Position numbers and translations under genes: made by a program. 64,000 bases of DNA from Octopus sinensis. Taxonomy: Eukaryota. Positions 39,101 through 47,119 of this stretch are shown one piece after another. Where the stretch lies: assembly GCF_006345805.1 (NCBI RefSeq), contig NC_043006.1:30752001-30816000 (forward strand). Reading direction: 5' to 3'. Position 1 is the stretch's first letter, and the number at the start of each line of letters is the position of its first letter. The notes under the pieces are model-generated. The model had not been told where the DNA came from. It searched no databases and saw only the letters and a list, made by a program, of their open reading frames with translations.

Positions 39101-42100
39101 AATAGAAGAAACTCAACGAACTGAACATTTTGTTCAATTCTGTGTACCTGAGATTTTACCAATCACCCGGTTCTGGCTACATGAATTAGCTACAGCAATT
39201 GATGGACCTCCTTCTCTCAAGAATCAAGTATGTCACCCCAAATCACACTCATGTCTTCAACTCATACATAGATGCATTAAGTCATACGAGGTGTGTGTGT
39301 GTTCTGTTTTTAATTATCTAAGTTCTTCCTCCGAAGAAGTAGCTGGTTTCTTACAAAGATACAAAACTCCATCATTGGAATGTTGATAACTAAAGCAAAG
39401 TCTCATTTTAAACTCAAGAAAAGTTTTGCACATTTTTACTGTTCCATTTACAGATTGTATTTGTAATGTGAGAGTCAGTTGGTTGAGTTCTTTGCTCTGA
39501 AAACCCTAGCTTATCCAGATTGGCACTTTGGCAGTTACTCATAATACCAAGGGCACCAATTATTGATATAAATGGAATTTAAAATCTGGATACATTATTT
39601 ACATTTGACGGATATTTGCCCTCATCTTGTTTGTTGTTAATACAGCGTTTCAGCTTATATACCCTCCAGCCTTCATCAGGTGTCCTGGGGAAATTTTGAA
39701 CCTGGGTTCTCATTCCTAAGGTATTTTTCGATGTTATTATTATTATTATTCAGGTCACTGCCTGGAATCTTGGGGTTAGTAGCCTGCGCTCTTAACTTCT
39801 ACGCCATATGCCTGTGGGAAAGTATATCAGCCAAAACGTTGTTTTAACAAGATTAAGACAAATATCCGTCAAATGTAAATAATTCTTCATCTCTCAAATA
39901 TAGAACTGTAAAATCTGGATGTTTAGAATCTAGAGGTTTCAAAGCAGTTGTCTGTACACATATGTGTGTGTGTGATTTAACTGCTAGAGTAAGAATAGCC
40001 TGGGCAAAGTTTAGAGAGCTCTTACCTCTGCTGGTGACAAAAGGCCTCTCGCTCAAAGTAAAAGGCAGACTGTATGATGCATGTGTACGTACAGCCATGC
40101 TACATGGTAGTGAAACTTGGGCTGTGACTGCTGAGGAGTTGCATAAGCTCACAAGAAATGAAGCTAGTATGCTCCGATGGATGTGTAACGTCAGTGTTCA
40201 TAATCGACAGAGTGTAAGTACCTTGAGAGAAAAGTTGAACCTAAGAAGTATCAGTTGTTGTGTGCAAGAGAGACGTATGCGCTGGTATGGTCATGTGATG
40301 AGAATGGCTGAAGATAGTTGTGTGCGAAAGTGCCACACCCTGGCAGTTGAGGGGACCTGTGGAAGAGGTAGACCCAGGAAAACCTGGGTCGAGGCGGTGA
40401 AGCACGACCTTCGAACTTTAGGTCTCACCAAGGAAATGACCAGTGACCGAGACCTTTGGAGGCATGCTGTGCGTGAGAAAACCCGGCAAGACCAGTTAGA
40501 ACAGTCAAAATCAAGATCAAACCTGTCTGGCCCCCGTGTAGGTGGCATGTAAAAGCACCATCCGTTCGTGTTCGTTGCCAGCCTGGCCTGGCCCCCGTGC
40601 TGGTGACACGTAAAAGTACCATCCGTTTGTGGCCGTTTGCCAGCTCTGTCTGGCCCCCGTGCCGGTGACACGTAAAAGCACCATCCGTTCGTGGCCGTTT
40701 GCCAGCTCTGTCTGGCCCCCGTGCCGGTGACACGTAAAAGCACCATCCGTTCGTGGCCGTTTGCCAGCCCTGTCTGGCCCCCATGTCGGTGACATGTAAA
40801 AGCACCATCCGTTCATGTCCGTTGCCAGCCTCGCCTGGCCCCCGTGCCGGTGACACGTAAAAGCACCATCCGTTCGTGGCCGTTTGCCAGCCCTGTCTGG
40901 CCCCCATGTCGGTGGCATGTAAAAGCACCATCCGTTCGTGCCCGTTGCCAGCCTCGCCTGGCCCCCGTGCCGGTGACACGTAAAAGCACCATCCGTTCGT
41001 GGCCGTTTGCCAGCTCTGTCTGGCCCCCGTGTTGGTGGCACGTAAAAGCACCATCCGTTCGTGTCCGTTGCCAGCCTCGCCTGGCCCCCGTGCCGGTGAC
41101 ACGTAAAAGCACCATCCGTTCGTGGCCGTTTGCCAGCTCTGTCTGGCACCTGTGCAGGTGGCACGTAAAAAGCACCCACTACACTCATGGAGTGGTTGGC
41201 GTTAGGAAGGGCATCCAGCCGTAGAAACACTGCCAGATCTGACTGGGCCTGATGAAGCCTTCCAGCTTCACAGACCCCAGTTGAACCGTCCAACCCATGC
41301 TAGCATGGAGAATGGACGCTAAATGATGATGATGATGATGATGATGATGTGAATTATATGAGTTACTTCAAATTTCATGCTCAGATTTTGCAGTAAATTG
41401 AAAGCTTAGGCAGTGCATGATTTGCCAGTTGTTCAGGTTCCAAACATGGCTACCCTGTATGATAATGTTGAATATTTGCCTGAAAGATCAAAGAAAAGCA
41501 CCAACCTTCTATACTTGAGATCAGGAATTTTTACAGAATGTAATCATTGCCTTTTGTATATTAAATCACAAGCCGTGTGTATGTCTGTGTGTTTTCTTAC
41601 TAATGCGGTTATTTTATTTGATTTTCTTTTTCAGTATTTACTTCCTTCAAGTTTTTTTTTCCATCCACCAAGGCTTGTGGAACTTCCTGATCAATACTAC
41701 AAAATATTCCAGGAGTACCGCAACAAAACCTGTATGATTTGTAACAAAATTCCTCGAGATCCAACGATATGTTTAATATGTGCAGAGTTTCTCTGCTTCC
41801 GAGAAGCTTGCTGTGAACATGAATCAGTTCGAGAATGTGTACAGGTAAGCACTGTCTACTTGAAGTTTATTGCACTTGTTTTATTTGTGAAGTTCTGTTA
41901 AATTTTTTATGAAACTTGTGAACATAGTTTGTAGCATAAAGTAGTTAAAAGAGGAATCTTATGTTGGAGAAGATGTTAGTTTTCTGTAGTGTAATTTGTC
42001 CCAGATTGTTGTCTTATGTGTAAAGATATTCAGCTGTAAAATATAATATGGTGCATTTATTCTTGTATAATATACACTTGTCTATAGTGTCAATCTGTAA

Positions 42101-45100
42101 ATATGGACAGTCAATTCTGCTGGTGCCACATAAAAAGCACCCAGTCCACACCCTGTAAAGTGGTTGGCGTTAGGAAGGGCATCCAGCCATAGAAACCAAG
42201 CCAGACTGTGGAGCCTGGTACAGCTCCTGTCAAATCATCCAAACCATGCCAGCTTGGAAAATGGATGATGATGATGGTGAATTCTTGGGAAACTATTTCG
42301 TATGCTAACTCTAAGCTCTCTGAATGCACATATAGATTGCAATTACTGCACAAAAGTTTAATCATTATTGTAATTAATAATCATACGTTCTGTGTGCATA
42401 ACAATGTCTGCATACTGACTGCTAAAACTTAACATTGCTCTCTTCTGTAATAGAGTGACTTGTCGTTGGTGCTGTGAGGGATGGTAGAAAAGGCTTTAGT
42501 CGTGACTGTTGTATCAAATATACCGAGTGGTTTCCCACATCTTCAACAAAATAAAAAACAAATTCAAAAACTGAAATTTTACCAGTGTTGCATAAAAGTT
42601 GCAGCTGCTACTGTTGTCAACTCAACCATGGGATGAAATCATACCATCATGGTTTTAATGTAACAAATAAATATGAGAATATTTATTTCATGAATTCATG
42701 TTCAAATATAGAAATTTGTAAAACTGTTCAACCCTAGCTTTGTAATTGATAAGTTGAAGAAGATTAAAGATTTTTTATGTAGATCTTTTTTTGATTCTGC
42801 TTCATCTTCAAGCAGAAGATCCAATGTTTTCCTCTGGTTGGATGCTAGTTTCTGCTAGAAAGCAATTGTCTGTAAACCAAGTTGAGTCAACTGCTTTGAC
42901 TCAAATGAAAATTTCCCTTGAGTCTAATTGAGTCAGCCACTCGAGTTGTTCACTTGTTGTATATCATTGACAAAATCAGCTGAGTGGAACCTAGTCTTGT
43001 CTAGATTAGTAAATCACAGCCAAAAATACTTTTCTTATTTCTAATAGTGTTACTATTAGAAATAAATAAAATAGGATGGCTTAACCAGTGATTGAACCTG
43101 GAGACTTGCTGGAAGTTTATGGCCTCAAAGTAGTGAAAGAGCTATGTCCAAATTCTAGCATTTTCCCTGCTGTTAAACGAGTGTACCTTTTGAGAATCCA
43201 ACCATAGAATAAAAACAAAATTTAATAATATTTGCCAAATGTGATGCTTGTTGTTGTGTAAAGTGGGATTTGTTATTTCAATTTCTTTTTCCTGTCTAGC
43301 ATTCAATAACTTGTGGGGCTGGAACGGGTGTGTTTCTGTTGGTAAACTCAAGCATAGTAGTTGTGATCCGTGGCCAGAGAGCAGCACTTTGGGGATCAGT
43401 CTATCTCGACAAACATGGTGAGGAAGATGAAGAACTGAGGTGAGTCAACTTTATTACCAATTCCATTCTCTCTTTCAGGCTTTTTGCATTCGCAATTGAT
43501 GTCTGTTTTTCTTTTTTTTTAAAATAGTTGTTTCTGGTAGGTACTGTAACTTTTTAGGGCTTGTTCCAGATTTTAAAAGACAAAAACAGCTGACGACAGA
43601 CATCTCTTTCTCTCTCTCTCATAAGGAGTTCAACAGTGCAAACTGTCAAAAGATCGACCTGTGACCATATTGTCTTGCAGTCATCATCATCATCTTTTAA
43701 CATCCATTTTCCATGCTAGCATGGGTTGGATGGTTTGACTGGGGTCTGGGAAGTCAGGAAGCTGCACCAGGCTCCAAACTGATCTGGCAGTGTTTCTACA
43801 GCTGGATGTCCTTCCTAACACCTACCACTCCGTGAGTGTAGTGGGTGCTTTTTCGTGCCACCGGCACAGGGGCCAGAGGATCCTGGCAATGGCCACGATC
43901 GGTTGGTGCTTTTTACATGCCACCGGCATGGGCACCAGTCAAGGCGGCGCTGGCATCGGTCATGTTCGGATGGTGCTTTTAACATGCTACTGGCACGAGT
44001 ATCACAACTACAATTTCCATTTGATTTGTAGAATTGGACTATGCCTGTCCAGGATATAGTACAGCCTGGGGCTGTATTAATCTTCGAGTAACTAGGTTGG
44101 CTGACACTGTTTTACTTTTTTGATTTAAGGCAAAAGATGAGGTTAGATCTTGATGCTGGAGTTGATGTGCTTTTTGATATTTTCATTAAATGATAAGAAA
44201 AATTAACCCAAATAAAAGTTGTTTGTTTTTTTAAATCTATCAAAATTCATCCATTAAGATCAACAATGGTCTGACAAGAGTTGAAATTATTTGTTCAGTT
44301 TAAGAAAGAAACGAGGATGTTAATACAGAAAGATCATCGGTCATTTCAATGTAATTGCTTGAAAAAAGATCGTGTCTGACTTTAAGAAATCTCTCCACCT
44401 TGTCCAAATATGGAAGTCTCATGGAGATGGGGTTGTGGTGGTGGTGGTGGGGGAATAAGAAGTTGATTTTGAGTTATTTGAGTTGTATTTATTAAGTTAT
44501 ATGGAAGGTGGTGGTCAGATAAGGAAATGATTTTGTATTTTAGCTGATGTTTGATAAGAGAATGGGTGGGGGGGTGGCATGATATTTCTGTATTAGCATC
44601 CTCATTTCTCTCTTAAACTAAAGAAATAATTTCAACGCTTATCAGATCATTGTTGATCTTAATGCTGATATCTTGAATTGGATGAATTTTGGTAGATTTA
44701 AAAAAACAAACACCTTTTATTAGGTTAATATTTTTTATCATTTAATGAAAATATCAAAAAGGAGATCAACTCCAGCATCAAGATCTAACCTCATCTTTTG
44801 CCTTAAATCATAAAAAAATAAACCAATTTTTGCAGAGAGAACTAAAATATATGAGCCAATGATAGAGCCTCTATGACCTGCTGGAAATAGTAGCCAAATC
44901 TCCCTCAAATCAAGCCCTACCAACTTAAGAAAGGAAAGATTCTTGGATAGTGTGATCTTAGTAATCATAGATGTTCTTAAAGATGGGGTTGTCATGATTG
45001 GAATGTCTTTGATTTCTGAGTTTTTCAATCAGAGTTAGCCTGGAAGTAAAACAACAATTAGAAATATTGCTGGTTTATTTGAAACTGGTAGAACTGATCA

Positions 45101-45914
45101 GATGTGAATAATATGAAAGAAATAAGAATTCGATTGTTATGTCAGCATTATTTATTGAACATCTCCTCTCTGTCTTCTCTCTCTCTCACACACACCACAT
45201 GAAGCAATAAAATCTTTGAGTACTTTCCATCAATGATTTATCTAAATATGCAAATATTCTATGCCACCTCTCCATGTACAATGTTGTACAGATCTACAGA
45301 GTTCTAATATTGATCTCTGTAGTGATTATTTCATCTTTATTTCTACAAGTACAGTCAGGTCTAAGCTTCACTGAAGAAGTCTCATATGACTGAAACATAT
45401 CCAATGTTGTCTCCCTTACTTGTTGAGCCACTTAAACTATATTAATTACTGAGCTAATGTTGTTGTCTTTTCCTCTTCGCATAATTATTTCTAATTAGTT
45501 TCTTTTTCTTTTATGCTGATTATGTTAACTATGTTAATGCTAACTTAATAATTGTTAAATAAAGAATATAATGTCTTCCCCTTCACCATTTTACAAAAAG
45601 GAAGGACACATTGGATTATGAGGTTCTTATTAGTATTTGATTGCAAAACAAAAAGGCAAGACAGTCTCTGCTGGAATAGCTTGGATCATTGATCTGCTCA
45701 TTTTCGCCTAAGCCGTAACTCTTGCCCTGTCACTTTATTTTTCTTGTCCTGAAATTAAAACAACTAACCATGATGTTTTTGTTTTCCTTCCTGCAGACGT
45801 GGAAAGCCTCTCTACCTAAGTGAAGAACGTTATCAGCTATTGGAGCAGCAATGGCGTACACACAATTTTGACCATGCCTGCAAACAGTGGATCTGGCACA
45901 AGAATAACTTATGA
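554..45914 (+). CDS. UBR3: E3 ubiquitin-protein ligase UBR3-like (N-recognin family), 3' portion; 31 coding exons, N-terminal exons including the UBR box lie upstream of the window
   Basis: Hand-spliced exons join in phase with GT-AG ends into 4455 nt. Recognisable UBR3 motifs: VVHISVQLFSNE, YYAAFSAELE, FHLPLHRY, WLRNGLQIKGQAMTY, RTHSQL, ARERQQKLMAEF, split RING-H2 (CAIC / [11 protein letters not shown] / CPVC), and the C-terminal GAGTGVFLL...WGSVYLDKHGEED...RGKPLYL. Confidence 0.96.
1686..1865 (+). CDS. UBR3: UBR3 exon 2 (NNFKNF...YWPIVSDLINLLSH...YFQG)
   Basis: tttcag acceptor, G|gtaaac donor; 180 nt; phase 1 to 1. Confidence 0.93.
2446..2579 (+). CDS. UBR3: UBR3 exon 3 (CNLNERELTQHVEFEPDTYYAAFSAELE...CKDS)
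   Basis: ctcag acceptor, gtaagt donor; phase 1 to 0. Confidence 0.95.
2812..3197 (-). mobile_element. Family A: non-autonomous Penelope-like element with tRNA-derived head and hammerhead segment, plus an inverted partial copy
   Basis: 13-bp TSD TTCTAGCTATATT at 2799..2811 and 3198..3210; A/B boxes on - at 2946..3018; inverted arms; CTGATGA plus GGCTG/CAGCC stem at 3078..3105. Confidence 0.75.
3789..3887 (+). CDS. UBR3: UBR3 exon 4 (KTAHC...LEDWFESINF...GDK)
   Basis: cttatag acceptor, AAG|gtgagg donor; 99 nt. Confidence 0.92.
4190..5492 (+). repeat. Tandem array of a ~145-bp unit separated by variable (TA)n; four complete or near-complete units plus one partial
   Basis: CCATG(G/C)TGCCCCAGCATGGG at 4304, 4946, 5164 and 5351; one junction interrupted by the RTE copy. 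Confidence 0.92.
4455..4908 (-). mobile_element. RTE 3' end (or RTE-tailed SINE), antisense, about 3 minisatellite units
   Basis: (CAT)n start, CCATGCTAGCATGGG, GGATGCCCTTCCTAACGCCAACCAC; homologous to 41170..41349. Confidence 0.85.
6579..6734 (+). CDS. UBR3: UBR3 exon 5 (TSYLQLAFHLPLHRYLAVFL...PLRIQ)
   Basis: tttcag acceptor, CAG|gtagga donor; 156 nt. Confidence 0.95.
7184..7312 (+). CDS. UBR3: UBR3 exon 6 (AGIAEINANLWLRNGLQIKGQAMTYVQ...DLYLIQ)
   Basis: ttctag acceptor, CAG|gtgagt donor; 129 nt. Confidence 0.96.
8273..8325 (+). CDS. UBR3: UBR3 exon 7 (VCAAHLPPNEFVRIVIE)
   Basis: ctttag acceptor, AG|gtaagc donor; phase 0 to 2. Confidence 0.9.
9679..9840 (+). mobile_element. tRNA-derived SINE (same family)
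   Basis: B-box-like GGTTCAGTCCC; family body. Confidence 0.75.
9866..10385 (-). mobile_element. RTE 3' end, antisense, extending into the ORF terminus
   Basis: Same UTR motifs; the end is the reverse complement of the RKTW...VVKHD coding segment. Confidence 0.82.
10898..11037 (+). CDS. UBR3: UBR3 exon 8 (FHLTNWL...VESALSFL...RTYLG)
   Basis: tttcag acceptor, G|gtaagt donor; phase 2 to 1. Confidence 0.9.
11560..12143 (+). mobile_element. Two adjacent RTE 3'-end copies, sense
   Basis: GTTAGGAAGGGCATC...CCAACCCATGC..GCATGGAAA..(GAT)n occurs twice. Confidence 0.82.
12271..12419 (+). CDS. UBR3: UBR3 exon 9 (ISEKELVRVEMVALLCVNDRTHSQL...LKA)
   Basis: gtcaag acceptor, gtaagt donor; phase 1 to 0. 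Confidence 0.93.
12563..12765. mobile_element. piggyBac-like MITE remnant
   Basis: Right end ATGCTAAAGGG|TTAA; left end degenerate; related segment at about 34670..34750. Confidence 0.5.
12949..13018 (+). CDS. UBR3: UBR3 exon 10 (VADYKAPVLESGGGLQQGTYMPK)
   Basis: ttgtag acceptor, G|gtacgg donor; phase 0 to 1. Confidence 0.94.
14593..14689 (+). CDS. UBR3: UBR3 exon 11 (FLWDQEFDP...RDIQSAMDRY)
   Basis: ctgcag acceptor, TA|gtaagg donor; phase 1 to 2. Confidence 0.95.
14851..15709 (-). mobile_element. Decayed Tc1/mariner-superfamily maT (DD37D) transposon
   Basis: TA flanks; degenerate TIRs CAGGGTGT.../...ACACCCAG (about 16/22 match); - strand QQDSTPCH...WPPNSPNCNPLD with 37 residues between the Asps; stops and a frameshift. 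Confidence 0.88.
17241..17388 (+). CDS. UBR3: UBR3 exon 12 (LKQSGKY...PWPP...LHCRTLH...LYK)
   Basis: ccccag acceptor, AAG|gtaatt donor; phase 2 to 0. Confidence 0.95.
17534..17560 (-). ncRNA. Hammerhead core fragment
   Basis: CTGATGA GAACC caataa GGTTC GAAA with perfect 5-bp stem II; stems I and III not canonical. Confidence 0.45.
18906..19345 (+). mobile_element. Family B: structured ~350-bp repeat in partial tandem with an inverted 3' copy (Penelope-like or retrozyme-like)
   Basis: Inverted arms (18961..18999 vs 19299..19337), tandem repeat of the 3' end, internal hairpins, hammerhead motif; homologous to 63311..63689. Confidence 0.62.
19155..19199 (+). ncRNA. Minimal type I hammerhead motif (family B), slightly degenerate
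   Basis: TCTGTG CTGATGA AGG gaaataa CCT g GAAA TTGTGAT A CACAGA; 6-bp stem I. Confidence 0.62.
19626..19718 (+). CDS. UBR3: UBR3 exon 13 (AMKETHISETILYFCVFLLELG...IQ)
   Basis: ttgcag acceptor, CAG|gtttgt donor; 93 nt. Confidence 0.88.
20393..20825 (-). mobile_element. RTE 3' end, antisense
   Basis: Same family motifs. Confidence 0.82.
20926..21079 (+). CDS. UBR3: UBR3 exon 14 (EYRCK...ENWFPTDCLQTN...PMSFV)
   Basis: ttacag acceptor, G|gtaagt donor; WFP motif; phase 0 to 1. Confidence 0.88.
22174..22660 (+). CDS. UBR3: UBR3 exon 15 (NIFSKD...KESLISLLMKLH...GDGPYYIGLLL...LEKEE)
   Basis: ctctag acceptor, AG|gtaagt donor; 487 nt open in the frame of ORF 22257..22664. Confidence 0.92.
23607..23698 (+). 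CDS. UBR3: UBR3 exon 16 (RKKARERQQKLMAEFASKQKAFM...)
   Basis: tatcag acceptor, G|gtaaat donor; conserved basic helix before the RING. Confidence 0.96.
23991..24128 (+). CDS. UBR3: UBR3 exon 17 (RING start, FHCAICSQ...RPFGIVVLL)
   Basis: ttgcag acceptor, G|gtaagt donor; CxxC. Confidence 0.94.
24516..24649 (+). CDS. UBR3: UBR3 exon 18 (LGHCPS...KYYSE)
   Basis: gttag acceptor, GAG|gtaagt donor; phase 1 to 0. Confidence 0.9.
25369..25479 (+). CDS. UBR3: UBR3 exon 19 ([28 protein letters not shown])
   Basis: tcccag acceptor, AAG|gtaagt donor; RING-H2 C-H-H-C core. Confidence 0.96.
25575..25745 (+). mobile_element. tRNA-derived SINE (same family)
   Basis: TGGCTGTGTGGTAAG A-box-like, GTTTCAGTCCC B-box-like. 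Confidence 0.75.
26104..26304 (+). CDS. UBR3: UBR3 exon 20 (GEYWCPVCRQLANAVIP...)
   Basis: ttttag acceptor, gtaagt donor; final RING CxxC; 201 nt. Confidence 0.95.
26385..26608 (+). mobile_element. RTE 3' end, sense
   Basis: Near-identical to 41100..41349. Confidence 0.85.
26640..26790 (-). mobile_element. 3' fragment of a second RTE (BovB-like) LINE
   Basis: The - strand reads HKCDLCDRD/(frameshift)CHSRIGLHSHRRHC, the C-terminal zinc-finger motif of BovB-type RTEs; (TA)n tail. Confidence 0.7.
28898..29019 (+). CDS. UBR3: UBR3 exon 21 (LFLAQKCSLIDELTNATHP...FTCSIIR)
   Basis: gttttag acceptor, AG|gtaaca donor; phase 0 to 2; the exact acceptor is less certain (second AG at 28907). Confidence 0.82.
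30051..30133 (+). CDS. UBR3: UBR3 exon 22 (TNLELELLGYGG...)
   Basis: ttacag acceptor, A|gtaagt donor; RTNLELEL motif. Confidence 0.94.
30262..30992 (+). mobile_element. Three consecutive copies of a second tRNA-derived SINE with a Meta-domain-like core
   Basis: GAGTTCAAATTCC B-box, GACTTTGCCTTTCATCC...AAGTACCAG core and (TTA)n tails; other copies at about 29385, 33840, 49315, 49520, 54985, 56790 and 58708. Confidence 0.78.
31015..31126 (+). CDS. UBR3: UBR3 exon 23 (PLFRMLSY...LWKLITG...)
   Basis: tttcag acceptor, TC|gtaagt donor; phase 1 to 2. Confidence 0.87.
31186..32262 (-). mobile_element. Internally deleted piggyBac transposon (1077 bp)
   Basis: TTAA TSDs at 31182..31185 and 32263..32266; perfect 12-bp TIR CCCTTTCGTTAC; ORF 31481..31912 encodes an acidic N-terminus plus DYFFLLF...MNRYA...W.PTT..EIKAYF..NIIMGIRKLP, then truncates. 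Confidence 0.93.
32290..32735 (+). mobile_element. Degenerate RTE ORF end plus 3' UTR
   Basis: Decayed RRL.WYGHV.R-type segment followed by the family UTR. Confidence 0.7.
33684..33778 (+). CDS. UBR3: UBR3 exon 24 (VPILLRDPVALLLNFLLQLP)
   Basis: tttcag acceptor, C|gtaagt donor; phase 2 to 1. Confidence 0.93.
34068..34290 (-). mobile_element. 3' end of an R4/Dong-like (restriction-like endonuclease) LINE in a (TAA)n tract
   Basis: The - strand reads VVSIIVRALGTV...LLGTTQILRMGL with stops, resembling the RLE-LINE C-terminus. Confidence 0.6.
34475..34593 (+). CDS. UBR3: UBR3 exon 25 (HFSYVVNSLYNMAYIQA...ERVAW...)
   Basis: ttgcag acceptor, gtaagt donor; phase 1 to 0. Confidence 0.92.
34764..34872 (+). 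mobile_element. RTE RT fragment
   Basis: Reads KIDSISCHGGKLEVVDSFCYLGDQVSSRGG. Confidence 0.75.
35585..35715 (+). repeat. Degenerate ~15-bp minisatellite (CTCCCCCATTTGCTGG-like)
   Basis: Visible periodic repetition. Confidence 0.7.
35773..35868 (+). CDS. UBR3: UBR3 exon 26 (DSLQEV...SQLYDE...)
   Basis: ttgtag acceptor, gtaagt donor; 96 nt. Confidence 0.88.
37196..37321 (+). CDS. UBR3: UBR3 exon 27 (WSPDSIE...LLPYLRIAALLQRHLF)
   Basis: ttgtag acceptor, AAG|gtaagt donor; 126 nt. Confidence 0.95.
38306..38823. mobile_element. piggyBac-like MITE
   Basis: TTAA on both sides; imperfect TIR CCCATTGCCTGCCA / TGGCAGTTAATGAG (11/14). Confidence 0.6.
38988..39227 (+). CDS. UBR3: UBR3 exon 28 (YPSEFTYLCHYL...LKNQ)
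   Basis: tttcag acceptor, CAA|gtatgt donor; 240 nt. Confidence 0.87.
39592..39908 (-). mobile_element. Family A, second insertion
   Basis: 11-12-bp TSD (T)AAAATCTGGAT at 39580..39591 and 39909..39920; same head, (TAA)n, hammerhead and tail order; inverted partial 3' copy. Confidence 0.75.
39639..39684 (-). ncRNA. Minimal type I hammerhead ribozyme motif (family A), point-mutated
   Basis: GACAC CTGATGA A GGCT-loop-AGCT GAAA CGCT GTATT; U16.1 is C and stem I has one mismatch. Confidence 0.7.
39960..41349 (+). mobile_element. 5'-truncated RTE-clade LINE: end of the RT ORF, 3' UTR with minisatellite, (GAT)n tail
   Basis: ORF 39962..40552 reads ARVRIAWAKFREL...KGRLYDACVRTAMLHGSETWA...RMRWYGHVMR...GRGRPRKTW; the UTR ends in (GAT)n. 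Confidence 0.9.
40530..41170 (+). repeat. ~61-bp minisatellite, about 10 units, inside the RTE 3' UTR
   Basis: AAAAGCACCATCCGTTCGTGGCCGTTTGCCAGC recurs about every 61 bp; this explains the long antisense ORFs at 40291..41293. Confidence 0.92.
41635..41844 (+). CDS. UBR3: UBR3 exon 29 (PRLVELPDQYYKIFQ...CMICNKIPRDPTICLIC...ECVQ)
   Basis: tttcag acceptor, CAG|gtaagc donor; Cys-rich C-terminal domain. Confidence 0.96.
43300..43439 (+). CDS. UBR3: UBR3 exon 30 (HSITCGAGTGVFLLVNSS...WGSVYLDKHGEEDEELR)
   Basis: gtctag acceptor, AG|gtgagt donor. Confidence 0.97.
43681..44010 (-). mobile_element. RTE 3' end, antisense
   Basis: Family motifs. Confidence 0.82.
44110..44823. repeat. Long inverted repeat (fold-back/MITE-like); arms ~230-245 bp, spacer ~240 bp
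   Basis: 44110..44338 is a close reverse complement of 44578..44823. Confidence 0.9.
45797..45914 (+). CDS. UBR3: UBR3 terminal coding exon (RGKPLYLSEERY...HKNNL*)
   Basis: ctgcag acceptor; TGA stop at 45912..45914. Confidence 0.96.
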
Positions 45915-47113
45915 CCTGGACTTAAACTGCTCTAGCAGTTGCTGCCTTTGCTCACCATTATAATAATAATAACAATGATGATGATGTTAGTGTTGCTGCT
46001 GTTGTTGTTGCGGTTTTTGTTGTTGATAATATTTTGTTTTCTTCAGTTATTTTTTTGTTATTGTTACTCTCTCTCTCTCTCTGTTGCACCTCCCCAATTT
46101 TATTCTCTCTTCTCCCATCTTTGGAACCCTCTAACAAAGACTATTTTTAATTATCACTGGTGCTGTTCTTGTTATTATCGTTGCTGTCCTCTCCAGTCAT
46201 GACCCTCCACCTCTAATAATTCCCCCTCCCCTGTAAATTCTCTCCCCTCACACTTTACCTCACGTCATTGAACTACGACTGCTGCTGCTGTTGTTATTGT
46301 TGTCTTGCCTATCATTCCTGCTCCTTGCCTTTTTCATTGTTACTAAAGAATCCTGTTGTTGTTACCTGTTTACTGTGATGTTGGGAACTGCATGGCAAGG
46401 GGAGGCCTGCTATGCTTTACTCTCAAGGAACAAAAACTCTGCCTGTTGGACATATGAACGTAGAAAGATGAGGACTGTGCGAATTTCCGAGAGAGGGAGA
46501 GAGAAGGAGACAGTGGGTGTGTGTGTGTATTTATGTATATAGGAGAAAATGAAATGTCTGTTGTATACGTAAATGAGTGTTTGTGTATGTGTGCATGTAT
46601 GTACAGTGCTGTATATGTTTGTGTATCTGGTGGCGGCAGGGTGTGTATATTTTTATCTCTCCATTTACACTCTCTCTCTCTCTCTTTCTTTCTTAAGTCT
46701 TTCGATTTTTTAAAAAATGATTCCTCTTACCCTTGTTATTTTCCCACTTCACCCCATTCCTCACATTCTTTTTTCCTTTCCTAATTCCATCTCCCATATT
46801 TCTCTCTTTCCCTACACACACACACTCTTTCCTTTCCCAGTCTTCAATTTGTTTTCCTTTCATTTATTCCTCCTCCTCTTCGGCTTCCTAAGAGCATTCA
46901 TACTTTCTTGTTCTTATGTAGCAAATGTGTTAAAAATGTATAAATTTTTTTAAACAGCACCAAAAGACAAGCGCAACAGCAGCAGTAGCAGCCACCACCA
47001 CCTCCACCACAACAACAACAGCAAATATACCACTGAATTTCTTTGAACTTGTATTCTAGCCAAACTGTATATTAAATCTATTAAAAGAACAAAAAATATT
47101 GTTTCTTCTTCAC

Positions 47114-47119
47114 AATAAA
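47114..47119 (+). promoter_or_regulatory. Candidate UBR3 polyadenylation signal (AATAAA), implying a ~1.2-kb 3' UTR
   Basis: AATAAA followed by a T/GT-rich tract; repeat insertions resume shortly after. Confidence 0.5.

Noticed and set aside
40291-41293. Long overlapping ORFs (120-258 aa) on both strands
   Set aside because: Produced by the stop-poor 61-bp minisatellite in the RTE 3' UTR; the translations are periodic.
45939-46953. Hydrophobic ORFs after the UBR3 stop
   Set aside because: Low-complexity 3' UTR microsatellite sequence, not coding.
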